This document shows positions 37,401 to 52,100 of a stretch of 64,000 nucleotides of DNA, piece after piece (position 1 is the first letter of the stretch; the number at the start of each line of letters is the position of its first letter). The notes beneath the pieces were generated by a model. The model searched no databases and was not told the DNA's origin. It was given only the letters and a program-made list of their open reading frames with translations. The translations under genes were made by a program, and so were the position numbers. The stretch lies in the NCBI GenBank assembly GCA_051294375.1, contig CM119270.1:21171775-21235774 (forward strand). Reading direction: 5' to 3'. The stretch comes from Paraspadella gotoi (Eukaryota; Animalia; Chaetognatha).

Positions 37401-40329
37401 ATTTCGTCGCGTTTCCCGACGAGGATTCGTGGATCTAAGCGAGGAAAACGAATGTCGTAGTTAGATCTCGGTGGACAACGCCGACGACGCCAGACACGCC
37501 GCTTGGGAAATAGAAACGGCGCCTATCGTCGCCCGCGATTGGCAATGGTCAAAATACGCCGGATGCCAGTAAACTACCCATCCTCGATCTGTCCGCTCAT
37601 CCGAGCCGCAGGGGACGCCTTACCTTTTCTCTTATCGGCGCCGGAGGAAATAAAGACTCTGCCGTCGCGTCTTTCCCAAACAGGAAATGCGGCGCCTCCG
37701 CACGCCCTCTATGGCACGAGTGAAGGCGGGGCCAGAAAACAGTAGGCGCCGGTAAGAAAGAGCATGGGAGCCGCGGGAATTCGGGCCCCGAGGTTCTCTG
37801 AACTATTACACCCGACGGAAAATCTCGCCCTAATCCAAAAAATACAAAGATTACGTGGAAAACCGGTCAAAAAATATGGCCCGCGATTCCGTGGATCCAT
37901 CCGCTTTTCGCGCCGGAGAAGACCGAAGGGTCGCCGCCCGAGAAAGAAACACCGGCGCTCCATCAACGTTGATTAAAACTTCCATTAACTTTCACCTTGG
38001 CCGAAGTTGGAGTTCGGTGAACAATACGACTGCCTCAACCGGGATGGTCGTCGACGGAAATGGAGGGCGTGCCCGCCGGCGTGCGTACAGACTCCTGATG
38101 TACGGAGCGATTACTGTATCTTCAACCATCTACGCTCGATCGCGGCACATCCTTAGGTGCTCCAAAGGCGTCGTCGCCGCCGTCGACATTCGTCAGCTTC
38201 TCTACGGCGGAACGAGATGGAAGATCGCCACCGGCCTCGTTTTGACCCAGGCGTTCAAACCGGCCGTGTTTCGACCTGGCAATCTGCGCCGTCAAAGTTC
38301 TTTCGTTGGCGCTCGGCCTAGGCGCCGCTTGGTTCGGAATGAACAAAGAGTGGCCCAATCTGCACTAAAAGTGGTAGCGCCGGGCTCCGCTGACCGCGTG
38401 TCCCCTGACGCTGTCGCTACCCCTCCGCACCGCTGATGACCGAGCACGACTTTTCCGCAGCTCCGGACGCCGCAAGCGTCCCGTCGTCCTAAGACTTTTC
38501 GGCCTCGAAAACGGGACCGGCGTCTACCGCGACAGCCTCTCCGACAATTCTATCACGCCTCCAGAAAGGCCGCTTGGTGGCGCGCCTCTCCAAGCGGCGC
38601 CTGCTCCCTGAACGCGGCGTCTCCTCGGCGGCCGTCGTCGACGCCGTCCCCAAACGATTGCTTCGCTAGATTTCCCAACCGTCCGTCGATCAAAGGAGAT
38701 GAAGAAGAAGAGGAGTCCAACCGCCCGGTGGAGGAACTCTGGGCTGCCACGAGGGCGTCGATCGGACGCGGGCGAAAGATGACACCGCGACGGGACATAG
38801 TGCGAGACTGTGCTCACGTGCGGCGCCACGGAAAGGGCCGAGTGCAGCCCGAGCCCGTGGCCCGTCGTGAAGAGTGCGTGGGGCGGACGACGCCGCGCCG
38901 AGCTTGTTTCCCGGCTCTGCGTCCGGAGGCCGGAGAAAGGGCGGAGTGCGCCGGGATCGAACGGCAGCAGAAGCGGCGGCGCGGCGGCGGGCAAAAGGAG
39001 GGGGCACCCCGGAACAGAAACAAAAAATGGTTTTTTTTTTTTATTTCGACGGGACAAAAAATGGCATCGAGTGGGAACAACGTTGGCATCCGATGTGCCG
39101 CCATTGGGTAGTTTTGAGTGAAATATAAATAGATAAAAAATAAATAAAATAATAAACAATTAAAAAATAAATAAATAAATAATAAATAAATAAAATAAAT
39201 ATAATAAATAATTAAATAAATAAATAAATAAATAATAAAAAAATAAATAAAAATAAATAATAAATAAATAAATAAATATAAAAAAATTAATTAATTAATT
39301 AATTAATAGTTAATAGTTTCCTATCATTTTTCTCAGCTACATCGAATGCGCGTCTGGCCGATGCACCCCACGCGACAAGTGTCAATTCACCCGCAACCTT
39401 GCCCGCCACTTCCTTGTCCGAATCGGCTTACGACGCCGTGCGCCGCCAGCCGCGCCCCCCCCCCCCCACGGACTGCTGCAAGATGCCGCAGAACGACTAC
39501 CGCCGCGGCCGCCCGACGACGCCGTCCTCGCGCGCAGGGCGATCGTCCCCCGAAGGCAGCTGTAATCTTCAACATAAAGCGCCTGCACCTGGACGCGCCA
39601 GGTGGCATCCGCGGGTTCAGCCCTTCTGCGTTATGAACTGCGTCACCTGTCACTGCCGATCGGGCCAAAGTCCGCCTGCGCGAGGAAGAAATGTCCCAAG
39701 TTGAGATGCAGGCGTCGGATACGCCGAAGCACGGCGCCTGCTGCCCGGTCTGCGCAAAGGAGCGGCGCGCGGCCGTCCGCGGCGGCGGCAGCGGCAGTGG
39801 ACGACGAGGACTGGAGGCAAAGAGGAGAGAGGATGAGAGTGAGATATCAAGAGGAAGCGAGGAAGGAGAAATTAAATAGGGAGGAGGAAGAGGAAGAGGA
39901 TCAGTTAAAAAGCGACATCTGTGGAGCGAAAAAAACAACTTGGAACTTACTGGCTGTCACAAGCGCTATAACAAGTCACTATCACAAGTCACTAATCCCT
40001 TTCTCCCTTTTGCCAACAAATTCTGATAAGAATAAATAATTCCAGAGTTTTCTCTCTCTCCCTTTTTCATCGGGTGTACAATCCCATATTAGTATTAAAA
40101 TAAAAATCGTACAATTCCTCCTTAAATTTTTATCAGTTATATACTTGTTTCTTTTTATTTTGCTACATTATTATTTATGTTTAATTTCTTTTTCTTTCTT
40201 TTTTTTGAGATGGCGACTTCAAAGATGTACAATGCAATATTCTGTTTTGGTTTACTATTTCTATTTTAAACGACTTTTTTCGGTGGATATTCTCTCTCTC
40301 TCTCTCTCATCATCTCCTCTCTCTCTCTC

Positions 40330-40370
<41 letters not shown>

Positions 40371-42290
40371 ACGTTCCGGAAGCTGATTTAAGGAACGCTT
40401 GAAAACCTATTTTTTACTGAAGGATTTAAAAGAAAGAAACATCTTGAAAATATATTTTTAAATCTTGTAATAACAAAATTCCGTACTGTATTGATGAACT
40501 AAAACTTTTCTCCTTGTTAGGGCTTGTTACAAATGCATTGTAATTATTATTGTTTGCCGCAGATCTAAGAAAATATATCTCATTGTAATTAAAGATGTAT
40601 TTTGAAGTAATTAGGAAGCCCAGTAATTTATTTAAATATTTAGCCTGTTCACTTGGAAAATAGATAATGTACATTGTAGTAACAGTAACAACAGTCAACA
40701 ACTTGTCCGTTAGAACCCAATAAAAATACCGTATGAGTCCAGTTAAATAAATGTTCCGTTTGTATCTTGTTGCTTGCATATAGTAATCCAAAACAATTAC
40801 GTTGGAAATTTTTTTTTTCCAAAATGTAAAAAAACCTTAATTTAATTCCTTCACCGACAAAAAATAAAAAATAACCGTCAATTTTTACTAATAAAGTATA
40901 CTTTGTATACCATACAATGGATAAAAACAACGATTGTAACCAGGAACAGGAAGTAAAGAATTATTACGCTATTTGTTCCTACTAAATGTAAAACTCGATT
41001 CCAAAACTGTACATCTCTCGGACATGCTATATTTAGTATAAAATATAATATTAGTCTCCACTATTGTTGGTTAGTTTTACGATAATAAGGGTTTCTGGCA
41101 ATATTAATTGACTGTTTTGGCAGTTTATATATAGAAATTCTGGTTGCCGATTCTCGCCATAAGAAGTTTTCCTACTTTGGGTTCAGCCCGCCCCGCTTCC
41201 TCCTTTCATTTTAGAGGGGGCAACGCTTCGAGCAAGACTTTCCGGTGGCCGACAGGCTGCCTTGACCTCGCTCACACAAAATTGAGGATCGAGAAACTGT
41301 TAAGTCGAAGGTGGCAAAAACATCTTGTTCAGTGCGAGCAGCGAATCTCTAATTAATATTGACCGCCACACAAACGAGTAATGGTAACTGTACAGTAGAT
41401 CGCGAGCAAGAAATGATGAGTTAGTAGCGGTAGAAGAGAGGAAAGCGAGAGAAAAAAGGTAGGAGGACTGAAAGATATGAAGTAGAAGCTAATATAGGCA
41501 TAGAGATGACCCGAAGAAGAGTGAGTAGAGCGGGATGTGTGGGCGCATAATCGTAGGTTATATACGCACCCTGTACGCTTAAGTGATGATTAACGGAAGC
41601 TGACTAGAGTAGATTCTCTTCTAACCTTTCTCCTGTTTCGCATGTAGGTACAAGGAAAATCAGTTCCTGCTTTTATTACACCATGTATGGTAATTATCAA
41701 GCCTTAACACTCCCGTTATGGTAAAAAAATGTTTATCGTCTTATTCTCTTTCTTTTCTTTGTAACTCTTTCTTTTTCTTTCTTTTCTTTCTGTCTTATAG
41801 TCATATTCTTTCTTTCTATTAATACTTCTTCTTTCTCAGTTTTTCCTTCATTTCTTCTCTTTCTTGTTCTTTCTTGATCTTTTCCTCTTCTTGTACTGTA
41901 TTTGCCATGCGATTTTCTTTAAGAATAAATCAATAATTTGAAGCTTTCTTAGATTTGAGCTTATTTAGTAATTTGATTTCACTTAATATCATCTATCTTT
42001 GACACACATACTCTGTCTCTACTTCTAATTATATTATATTTATATTTTAAACTATTTTGGGATACTATCTATAGACATTAACAATTTGCTACTATCTCTA
42101 AAGTCGAGGTTTAATATATTCTTATTTCCTTTTCTTTTCTTTTCGTTTCTCTATTTTTCTTTCCACAATTTGTAGTTCGAGATGCAGTTATCGAGGTTTG
42201 ATCTACCGTTTGAGACACTTAAACCCAATCTTGGGTTGAGCAGGCGAAGAGGAAGAGGAAAGTCGTGGTGAAACACCCAATTACCATTAT
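33640..42290 (+). other. Inverted (fold-back) indel-rich copy of about 33490 down to 25780, including a frameshifted whole chordin copy at about 35306-39875; probable read artifact
   Basis: Reverse complement of the left arm around a centre near 33570. Exons, introns and microsatellites are all mirrored, indels hit coding and non-coding sequence alike, and identity collapses after about 41200. Confidence 0.88.
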
Positions 42291-45200
42291 TAATTGGGTC
42301 CAGTGAAACAGGCTAAATATTAAACACTACAATGACGGCGTTAGGCATTGAGGCAAATCAAATACAAACTCTTGAAATTACAGTATGCTAGCACTATATT
42401 TTCTTAAGATCGCGATTATTCCTTTGTTTGTCACCGAGGAGGTTTTCGTTATGTATTTGTATACGTATTTTACTAATAATTTCGACTTCTTTCCTTTTAA
42501 ATCCTCCTCGAGTATAGTTTTCAGCCCGCCTTAAAATTCAGCTTCCGGAACTAATGAGCAGAGAGAGGGAGAGACGAGCACGGAAGAGAGAGAGGAGAGA
42601 CGAGGAGAGAGAGAGAGCGATGAGCTAGACGAGAGAGAGAAAATCCAAAAAAGTCGTTTAAACATAGAATCATAACAAACCAATTTGATTGTACTGAAGT
42701 TCGCCCATCTCAAAAAAAAGAAGAAAGAAAATAACCATAATATAATTGTACAAAATCTAAAAAAGACAATGTATATAACTGATAAAATTAGATGTACCGA
42801 TTTATTTAATACTAACACTGGATGTACACCCGATGAAAAAGGGAGAGGAGAAAACCTGGAATTTATTTTATCAGAATTGTAGGAAACGGAGAAGGATGTT
42901 GACTGTGATAGTGATTGTTAAGCGACTTTGAAGCATAGTCAAGTGTTTTTTTTTCGCCCACAGATGTCGCCCTTTTTACCCTGATCCCTTCTCTTCCTCT
43001 CCCTCTTATTCCTCCTTCCTCCCTTCCTCTGATATCTCACTCTCATCACTTCTCTCCTCTTCCTCGTCCCGCTCTCGCATGTCGCTTCTCGCCCGCTCTC
43101 TTGCTCTTGAACCCTGTCTCGCTGCCCCTGTGCTTGCGCTTTTTCCAGGCCGCTAGACCCCCGCGGCTAGCAAGGAGTCCGTGTTCTGCGGATCTCGTGC
43201 ACCCGGATCTGCATCTCACAATTTTTAGAGGGAATTTCTCAGCGCCAGGCGGACTTGCCCGATCGAGCACGTGAGCAGGTGACGCAGTTATACGCCGAAG
43301 GCTTGAAGCCCGCGAGCCACCGGGCCGATGAATGGGACCGTCGCAGAGAGAGATGAGAGTAGGGCAGCGCGTGTCGAGGAGAGAGAGCAGCGTGGCCTTC
43401 GGAGACGGTCGACCCTGGCCGCGGAGGAGGAGCACGTCGGATCGGAGAGGACGCGGCAGGTAAGTCCGTCGCGAGGCAAGGATCTGGAGTGAGGACAAGT
43501 CAGGTGCAGGGTGAGTGGAGCGGAGCGCAGACGCAGGAGAGGAGACGGATGGTCTCGCGTTCTTGAGGCACCGCCTGAGACACCGAACTACGTCGCGCCT
43601 TCCTTGGGCCACCGGGTTAGGGGATGCCTCTTGAAACACGCCAGAATTGTGCTGTCCCGGCGGGGGGTCAGCCGCCAGTCCGGCAGCAGAAACGAGGTCC
43701 GAAGTAGGTGCAAACTACTGAGGGGAACCTATTACTCATTTTTTAGTCGTCATTATTAATATTGTTATTTATCATTTCATTTTATTTGATTTATTTATTT
43801 TATTATAGATTGTATTTAATATTATATATATTAGTATTTATTTAATTTAATTTAGTATAGATAGAGTGTATATTGATAATTTTGTATCGATGTAATTAAA
43901 TGATAATTACAAATTTATTCTTATCAAATAAACTTGTTTCATTATCTTATTAATTTCTGCTTAGACCAACTTCTATATTTTTATTATTTTTATTCTCAAC
44001 TCTTCACTTTCAACATTCGTCGCGCCAATACGGATGCCACGTTGTCTCCTAACCTTCCCCGATCATTCTCCCATCTTCTTTTCTCTTTTAAAGTCGCCCC
44101 GTCCGAAATTACATTCTTCTTCGACCTCCCTTCTCTCTCTTCGTACCCGCTCCTCATCGGCGCTCGGTCGCTGCCCTGTCTGTCTCGCGTTGTCTCTCTC
44201 ACGCGCCCGACCTCTCCCTCCTCCTCCTCGCTCCCGTCTTTACTCTTTCTTAATTCCTGAGTCCATTGCGACGAAGTATCGCGGCGATGAGTCAAGTACT
44301 CGGTAGACGATACGTCCCAGGGACGTGTAGAGCTCTCTATTCTCTCGCTGCACAGGAGAAGCATTAAAGAATAATCCATAGCCATCCGAGGACATTTCTT
44401 TTCGATTTTTTTTTTTTTCTTTGTTTGTGTCTCTCTCGAGGACCGTCCCACGCATTAACTGCGCAGATCAAAATCCTAATTCGTTCAAATTTGGGTAAGT
44501 CCTCCTCCTTCACAGATCGGGTGACTCTCTGTCTCTCATCTCTCGTTCTTCTCGTCGCGTCACCGTCGTCTTCTGCATCGCGATCTCGTCTCTCTAACAC
44601 TTCGCGATGGGCCTTAAAATATTGCCAATTCGTTCGCGTGATATACGAAAGTAATATTGTGCAGTTAATGAGAAGGAGGAAAATATAGAATAGAAATAAA
44701 ATTTGAGAAGTTCTGGAGGACGAGTTTTGTGGTTAGAGCGCAGCGAAAATAGATTGTAACTTGGAGGGCCGAGAAGATTTTGACCGGACCAAGAAAACCC
44801 TGTGGAGTGAGAGAATGTCGAGATGTCGGAGGAGCTCGAGTCTGGCCAGAAATTACGCTGCGTTAGTATGATACATGGAGATCAGGAGTATAATATATAG
44901 ACTGGTACTCACATATCGATAGAGGCATTAAAGAGAGAGAGCGAGAAAAGTGCTTATAAGAGTAAAAGGTTAGATTTATCTTTTATTTTTTTTTAATTTT
45001 TTTTATTTAAAAAGAGTTTTAAATAAGTAAGATAATTCTAATAATTTTTGTTTTCTGATAATTTTTGATATATTTATTATAATTCGGATTAATTTTTTAA
45101 TAATTCTGATAATTTTCAATAATTCTGATTGAGTCAAAAAATGACAATTTTCATTTATTGTTTATGCTTCAATGTTGTAAATGTTTATTAAGTATGTATT

Positions 45201-45365
45201 ATTTTTTTATACAAAAATTTGTTTTACAAAACTGCGATGATAAAAAAAATGAATTATTTCTAATCCGCCTTAATAATAAAAATTAACTCGCCCATCGCCA
45301 ACACAAGGGTAGATCTTTTGAACACACACACACACACACACTTTTCGCCGACAAGTTTTACTCCG
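42290..45365. other. Further strand switches: very degraded direct copy of about 26895-28700 (42290-44300), then an inverted copy of about 25200-24255 (44330-45365)
   Basis: Anchors: CAGTGAAACAGGCTAAATATT (42301 = 26903), CAGCTTCCGGAACTAA (42539 = 27176), ATACGGATGCCACGTTG (44027 = 28453), AAGGGTAGATCTT..(CA)n (45305 = reverse complement of about 24300). Confidence 0.8.
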
Positions 45366-45932
45366 ACATTTTAGCCCGAACAAACCAAACAACACTGATG
45401 TGGCTAAAAAAAATGAAATAAGCATGAAAGATGTATATACAGATAATGATCCGGCCAGCAAACAGAACGACGCGGGATAGTTGTTTGGCAGATGCGTTGA
45501 ACGCAAGGCAAAAATCTAGAGAGAGATAATAATAAGCATTAGCAATATTATAGTACAAAAACTAGTGAAACCTCATAAACAGGCCAGTTAAATGAGTACA
45601 TAACACAAGAAGTCACGGGACTTAACAGACGGGTATCCGGAGGGAGGAAGTATCATTCAAGGAATAATATTGATGCGATCTTATCATCCACATTCCGACT
45701 TTGTCTATTTCAATGGAAACTCGAGCTAATCTTAAAGATGTGAAGGTGACGAATGCGAATTTGAGCATATATTGGTTTAATTAACTTAGATTTAAATTTT
45801 AATATTAAAAATATACTAAATATCTTAAGTTTTTGTTTTGGCCTTGAGCTTAGAAACGATTAATTTTTTGGCATTACAGTTAAAAATATATCCATTAATT
45901 TTTACATGCGATTGTTCTTTCTTTCATCTTTG

Positions 45933-45964
<32 letters not shown>

Positions 45965-47026
45965 GTCTTTTATCCTTCCTTTCTTTCTTTCTTTCCTTTC
46001 TTTCTTTCTTTTTTATCTTTCTTTCTTTTTTTTTTTCTTTCTTTCTTTCTTTCTTTCTTGTTTTCCCCGTTTTTACTTTTATATAAAACATAAATCTATT
46101 GAACCTTGAAGAAAGTAAACATTTTAAAATGTAATTTTTTTTCCTTCCAAAAAAATTAATCGCTACATTGTCTTTATTTTAAATAATACATTAATTAAAC
46201 TAGAACATTTTTTTATGGTGGTTATAGATATCGCAGAATTATTAAATTGATTCATTCACGTTAAAAATACAAAAGAATATTTAGAGGCGTTTTCCTTTTT
46301 TATTTCAGAACAATACTCACGATTTTATGTCAACTGTTTGTGGCATCTCGGTGGATAAGTATTTACACACAAATTAGACTTCGTCATGACAGACTGCGCA
46401 CTGCTCCACAATCTGGAAGTTCGAAAACTGCTTGCCTGATGAACTCATCATGTTGAGTCATATCCAAAACATACTTTTATGTCACGTTCATACTCCAGTT
46501 TTAATGTTCAATGCGGAAAATCGACTCAACTTTTAAAGAAAGTTGAGCAATCAATTTTACGGAACAGGAAAAAAATTTTGTCCTCCCCTTTAAATTTAAC
46601 GCCCTAATTCCATGAATCGATAATTACTCCAGTTTTTAGATTGTTTCATCACGTCTGATATCTCATGATTTTGACATAAGAAGTTGGAGACTAAAGCAAG
46701 TGAATTTGATATTCATATCCTCTCCCAAACAAAATGTTTCAATTCCGCTTAGCTTCAGAACGATTTACCGCAGATTCCCTTTTTCTTTGTGCTGTAATCT
46801 TGTATCATGATAAAGATATCACGTCATTCTTACAAAAAATTTGTTCTGTTTACGAACAATGCTGGCCTGCATTGTTCGTATGTTTTTGAAGAATGTGGAA
46901 TTTTTTACAGTGTATTTTTGTGTGTTGGAGCTCTACTCGGAATTCACCTTGTTGAAACTTTTTTGTAAACTTAACGCTTCTTCACTCAGCAACCTATGAA
47001 AGAATTAAAAGAAATCATTTCCACGT

Positions 47027-50000
47027 TGTGTTGAACTAAGTTCGGAGAAAGTGGGTCTTTGAATTCTACTGACTGGGCTAATTCCTGCGCATTGAAGACC
47101 CAACAAGGAGTCGGGTATAAAATGGCGCAAAGAGACGATGGCGCTCTAAGACGCCTGGCAGATGCGCGGACAAAAGTCTCGGTAGATGACGTTCGCTAAG
47201 GCCGAAAGGACGGACGAACTACGAAAGCCCAGGACTTGACAAATGTAGAGCTTGAAGAGTCTTGGAAGTGAGAGTATAGTAGTCTGTAGAGAGAGTTACA
47301 GAAGTCCTGGCAGAGAATATCAAACATTTAGTACAAACTCAGCAAAATATAAATAAATTTTAAAAAGTGTCCTTTCTCTTAACTTGTTTTCTGAAGCCAA
47401 TAATGGTAGCAAAAATAGAGATGCCTTCTTCTATAGAAAGTCCACGCAAAACAGCGATCAGCACAAAAAATAAGATTCCGAGATATGGCTAATAAAAAGA
47501 GTTTGCTATGCTCTGAAAAGAACTAAAAACCCGTGACAACTTTGAAAGATCTGAAGAATGCCACGCGTGGGTAGAATTCGATCAGAATCTAATCGAAATC
47601 TATCGAAATCGACGCAACCACTAATCAAGAAATCAGCTGTACACTGCCTTCGGAATTCTGTACTTAAGTATAAAACAAAAAGAAGTAGCCTAAAGAATGT
47701 GTGTCGATGCGTAGAATGGCAGGGATTTCGATGTCAAAGTATAAAGAGGCAAAAGAGTCAACGGGAAAAAGTTAGAGATGCTGGATTTTCTCGTCATATT
47801 AGAGATAGTTATTTCGTAACACCCCCCGCCTATTTGGGCAATGCCAAAGCAAATATCCAATACAGCCGAGCATGTCTAGAAATACAATCTAAAATCATCC
47901 GCGTCGCAGGGGGAATGGAAAGGAGAAAGGGAAGAAAATTTAAAAAGCTGAAGTATGCAAAAATGCGAGGACTTACTTGTATACCTCAAAATAATTTCAA
48001 CTGACAAAAACTGAACGAACGGTTTGAACGGACGGCCGGTGAACGAAAGGCAGAACGACAAAGCTGACCGGCGACAACCCTCTTGCCACAACGCTAATTT
48101 GTTACTTCAGTTATCATGTTTGAAGACGAAACAGTGGGTTACAGCAAATGTGAATTTAGAAAAACCGTGCGTGATGTAATAGTAAACTACGGTGTCGTAA
48201 TTCTAAAATAATTTTTCAGCACCAAAAACAAGAAAAAACGAAGAACAAAGTATATGCCGCTCCGGTTCACGAACCGGCGCGGAAGGTGCAGCCGCACCTG
48301 AGTCAACTTCTGCAGAGTGTAGCGAAGCGCCGTGTGACGATTGCCGAAACAACGGTCTCTGACTACGAATGAAAGAAAACATAAAACTCTGTAACGGCGT
48401 GTATTAGTAACATCCCAGTTTTCAACCGTAATCCAAGAAAAACGAAACACTAAAAAACTGCCAATCCTGGCGTTTAACTTTAAAAACGTTTGGCGCTAAC
48501 TGAAAAAGGACACAAATAAAGACGCCTAGAAAAAATTTGACACAATAGGAGGGGGGGAATGAGACGATGGAGCTAATAATTCTGACCAACTGACTGACTA
48601 ACACATTAAATGACTTTTGGCAAAAACTATCTTCGGGCATAAATAAACTACAATTCCCTGTCTAATTCATTTTCACAACAATAAGAACAAAAATAAACTT
48701 TTTCTTCTTTTTCATTAGGATCGAAAGCGCGAGTGCTGCCGGTGGATCTGACTCTGAGGCCGACCTCGAAAACTCGACATATGTTACACCCGATTCCTTG
48801 GAAATAGTAGCCAAGCTAAAAAGGAAACGTGAATTTTAGGTGGAAGCCCGAATTGTAAGGACAATACGGCAACGCCGGGGCCAATTTCGGCAATTCCAAA
48901 GATGGAACCGAAAAGGTAAAAGAAATACTATGGTTGTTCCGGATTTTGGTAAAACGATATACACGTTTAACCTGAAATGCAACTTCGCCGCCCCCCGCAG
49001 GTAACGAAATCGGATCTCGTAAGTTAATAATCGAACCGAGCTAAGAACGATATCAACCCTATTCAACCTTCAAACGAACATGGCGAGGCGAAAGGTGCCT
49101 TTCATAATACGAAGCCAACCATAAAAAAAAAAAAAAAGAGACGAAAATGGCCACAAATCTCAAATATTTCAAATTTTCCTTACCCGCAGGTAGCCGCATC
49201 AGAGATCGTCAAACACTCTCGCAGACATTCCTCAGGCATCCTCAAGCATCTCCTCTACGATTCTCGATGAGGACCCTCGATACGGAAAGACCGGAATTTC
49301 TCTTTGAAGATCTGCGTACATACGGTCTCCTTCCAAAAAATATTAGAGACGGCACAACCATACTAACGACACGAAAAACCTTAAACTACTCCTACGGGAA
49401 AAAATAGTAAATTTGAGACAAAATAATAAAAAATAGCTAAATCTTGGATCATTCTGTACTAAATCTTCGCAGTTAAGAAACTTCTTGTAAATAAATCTTC
49501 TTGAATTGAATCATCTTGAAATATTAAGCACTGTAAAGGCAAAATAATTAACATTCCCTTATCTACCTTATGTCGTAGTAGGTTGGCAAAATAAAATTAA
49601 TAACATAAACCTAAAACGAAAATCAATACTATCACATACTAAACCCGAAATATACGAAAACCATAAAAATCGTTTACTTAAAAAAACAAAAGCAATACTA
49701 AACGAGCTGAAGGAAGTTTACTTTACTGGTTTATACCTGCTTTAAGCATCCGTCTGGCCATATCAACGAGTAAAATAAGCGGAAGGTAAAACTAAGGAGA
49801 CAACGAATGGGGCGAGCACGCTCCAACCCTGCCAAAAAGCAAGCAAAGCAATAACATGGTAAACCTTACTCGTCGCTTGGCTCCCTACCAGCTTCCCTGC
49901 TAACTTATTTTAATAGGGAGGAAAGCACAAAAATGAGAACGTACAATGTCCAAACGATAGCGAAACGCAATCACCCTGCCACAGAAAATTGGGACGCAAC

Positions 50001-52100
50001 TGTAAGGACGGGTAAAGTACTAAAAAGGGTTCTCGTTAAGGGTCCTTGCCGTCCTAAAAGAGGAAGAGCGGTAGTCAGAAAGTTAAACGCTTCGTTACCT
50101 GAATGCCGAATAAAGTTTGGAGCTTCCCCGGACGATTTCTCTGCAACCAATTTCTTAATGGAACCGGCCATAACGTATAAGAGAAACCGCCCGCCTTGCG
50201 GCGCGCAGGGAGACAGTCATGAAACAGATTTGCAACGTCACTCCAAAAGCCTAAAGTTGTGATATTTAGCCATCAAACTCAGCAAAAACTCTCCCGTCCC
50301 GTCTAGAGTATTTTGAAAAGTTTGAATGGCAAAAAAACTTTTATCAAAAAGCGAAAAAAATGTTAGGTGGCAACTATGAATAATATAAAATATCACAGAG
50401 AAAGATAATCTATAATTATTCTTTCCATACTCTAAATTGCCGTCTCATCTCCTAAGGGTATCAAAAATGACATAAGCTAAAGATAAATACAAAAAATGTG
50501 GACAGATCGGGGCGTTCCATAACAGTTGGTGGTTGGCAACACCGCTCCGAAGAGTGGTTTTGTTCTTGCCCGTCTGTTCTGGTGCGGGAAGAACACTGCC
50601 TTTGGCGAGCGTTGGTTGTTTGTGTCCTCCTCTCGCTTAACCAAGAAACCTTGAACTTGACTTCAACTTCACCTTTTTCTCAATCGACCCTACGAAAACG
50701 AAAAAGAAACTAAAAATAAAACTTGAAATTTAGTGGGTTAGAACGCTAAGTACTAAATAATCGAAAAAATATCAATTTTCTAAAAAAAAGTTGAACAAAG
50801 TATTTTAAAAAATATTTTTTCTAAAAAAATACTAAATTTTCATTACACGAAAAATTGGCGCGTACGCCGCCCCGCCACGAAACGGGAAGGAAAGAACCTT
50901 GTTCGTACAAAAAAGAAAAAAATTTTCGAAAATTTAGCAAAAAAAAAAGTCCCAAAAAATACAAAGGGAGTACTACACGTAGTTAATCTTGGTAAGTGTT
51001 TGGGGATAACGTGGGAAAATCCCAATTTCTCCGAGCGTAAAGTCCGAAAGATCTGAGGAAAAAGGCATGATGGTAAAAAAACACTTTGTCCGGAGATAAT
51101 CGAGCCGTACGATCGATGAAAAGTCGAGGTTAACCATACCGAAAACCAAACACACCAAAATAACATATTACCCTAAAAATAATATTTATTTAACTAAAAA
51201 ATATACTAAAGAAAAAACGTAAATACAAATAATTATTTCCGGAAAATGATCGCCGCACCAAGATTTTCAGCACGACCAAGCAACTTTTTAAATTCGTAAG
51301 CCTCATCCGTAATCGTCGTCACGATCCGAGCGTCCACTACGAACCGGCGGAAGTCATGTTCATCGTCGCCGAAGCCCAGATGTTAACGAGCATAAACACG
51401 AAAAACAATGTCTTGTAAAATTACGGCAGCCATCGACAATGCATCGAAAAAATCGATGGCTGGGAAACCAAAATATCGATGAAGTCAATATACGTCAATA
51501 TTACGGGGGCGTAACGCAAAAATATGAATAAATATAACGTTATCCACCGTAACATCCGTGAAATAGTGAACGACGAATAGGCGGAAATAAAAAAATTTAA
51601 AAATACTTACTAAAAAAGGGGAAAACAGGCAAAAATTTTATGAGATTATGAGAAAAGGCCAAAGCAGTTAAAATTTACTTGTGTTAGCGAGAGAGGCTTG
51701 AACGGGCCGACTTTCCGCCGCACGGAACAAGCCTCCCACGGACCTCACCCGCCAGCCCATGAGGTATAAACACCCTCTCGGACAATTGTTCCCTTTAGCG
51801 TGAACGGACGTCACGCAAAAGAAACAAGGTGAGACTCCCCGTCGCAAGGCGCCCCCATAACCGATCAAGGCCGACATGGTGGGCAGAAAATACGAAACAA
51901 ACACATGAACAAACAAAATAAAATTGATCAAAAATAAATAGCGGCTTTTGAAGCGGGGCACTCCCATAAAAAAAGATTTGCAAAAGTGCAGAAAAATAGA
52001 AAATCCGAGTGAACGCGAACTGAAAGAAAATGAGTAAAATAAATAACGTTTTCGCCACGTTTTACAGGAAATCGAATCCGTATTTACGAAGTCCAAACGC
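47027..52100 (+). mobile_element. Heavily degraded Ty3/gypsy (Mag-like) LTR retrotransposon
   Basis: LTR-like 47027-47402 (TATAAA, AATAAA) followed by PBS-like TGGTAGCA at 47404. Motif remnants in the expected order: gag CEF..VRDVIV (about 48150), RT RKVPF (about 49090), LKICV (about 49304), SVLNLRS (about 49453), RNase H LNAS..FGA..PAITY (about 50083-50180). No intact YxDD and no 3' LTR found; the right boundary is approximate. Confidence 0.55.

Noticed and set aside
35306-39875. Second chordin paralog or pseudogene
   Set aside because: It mirrors introns, flanks and microsatellites with random indels and shows no codon-position pattern; a fold-back artifact explains it better.
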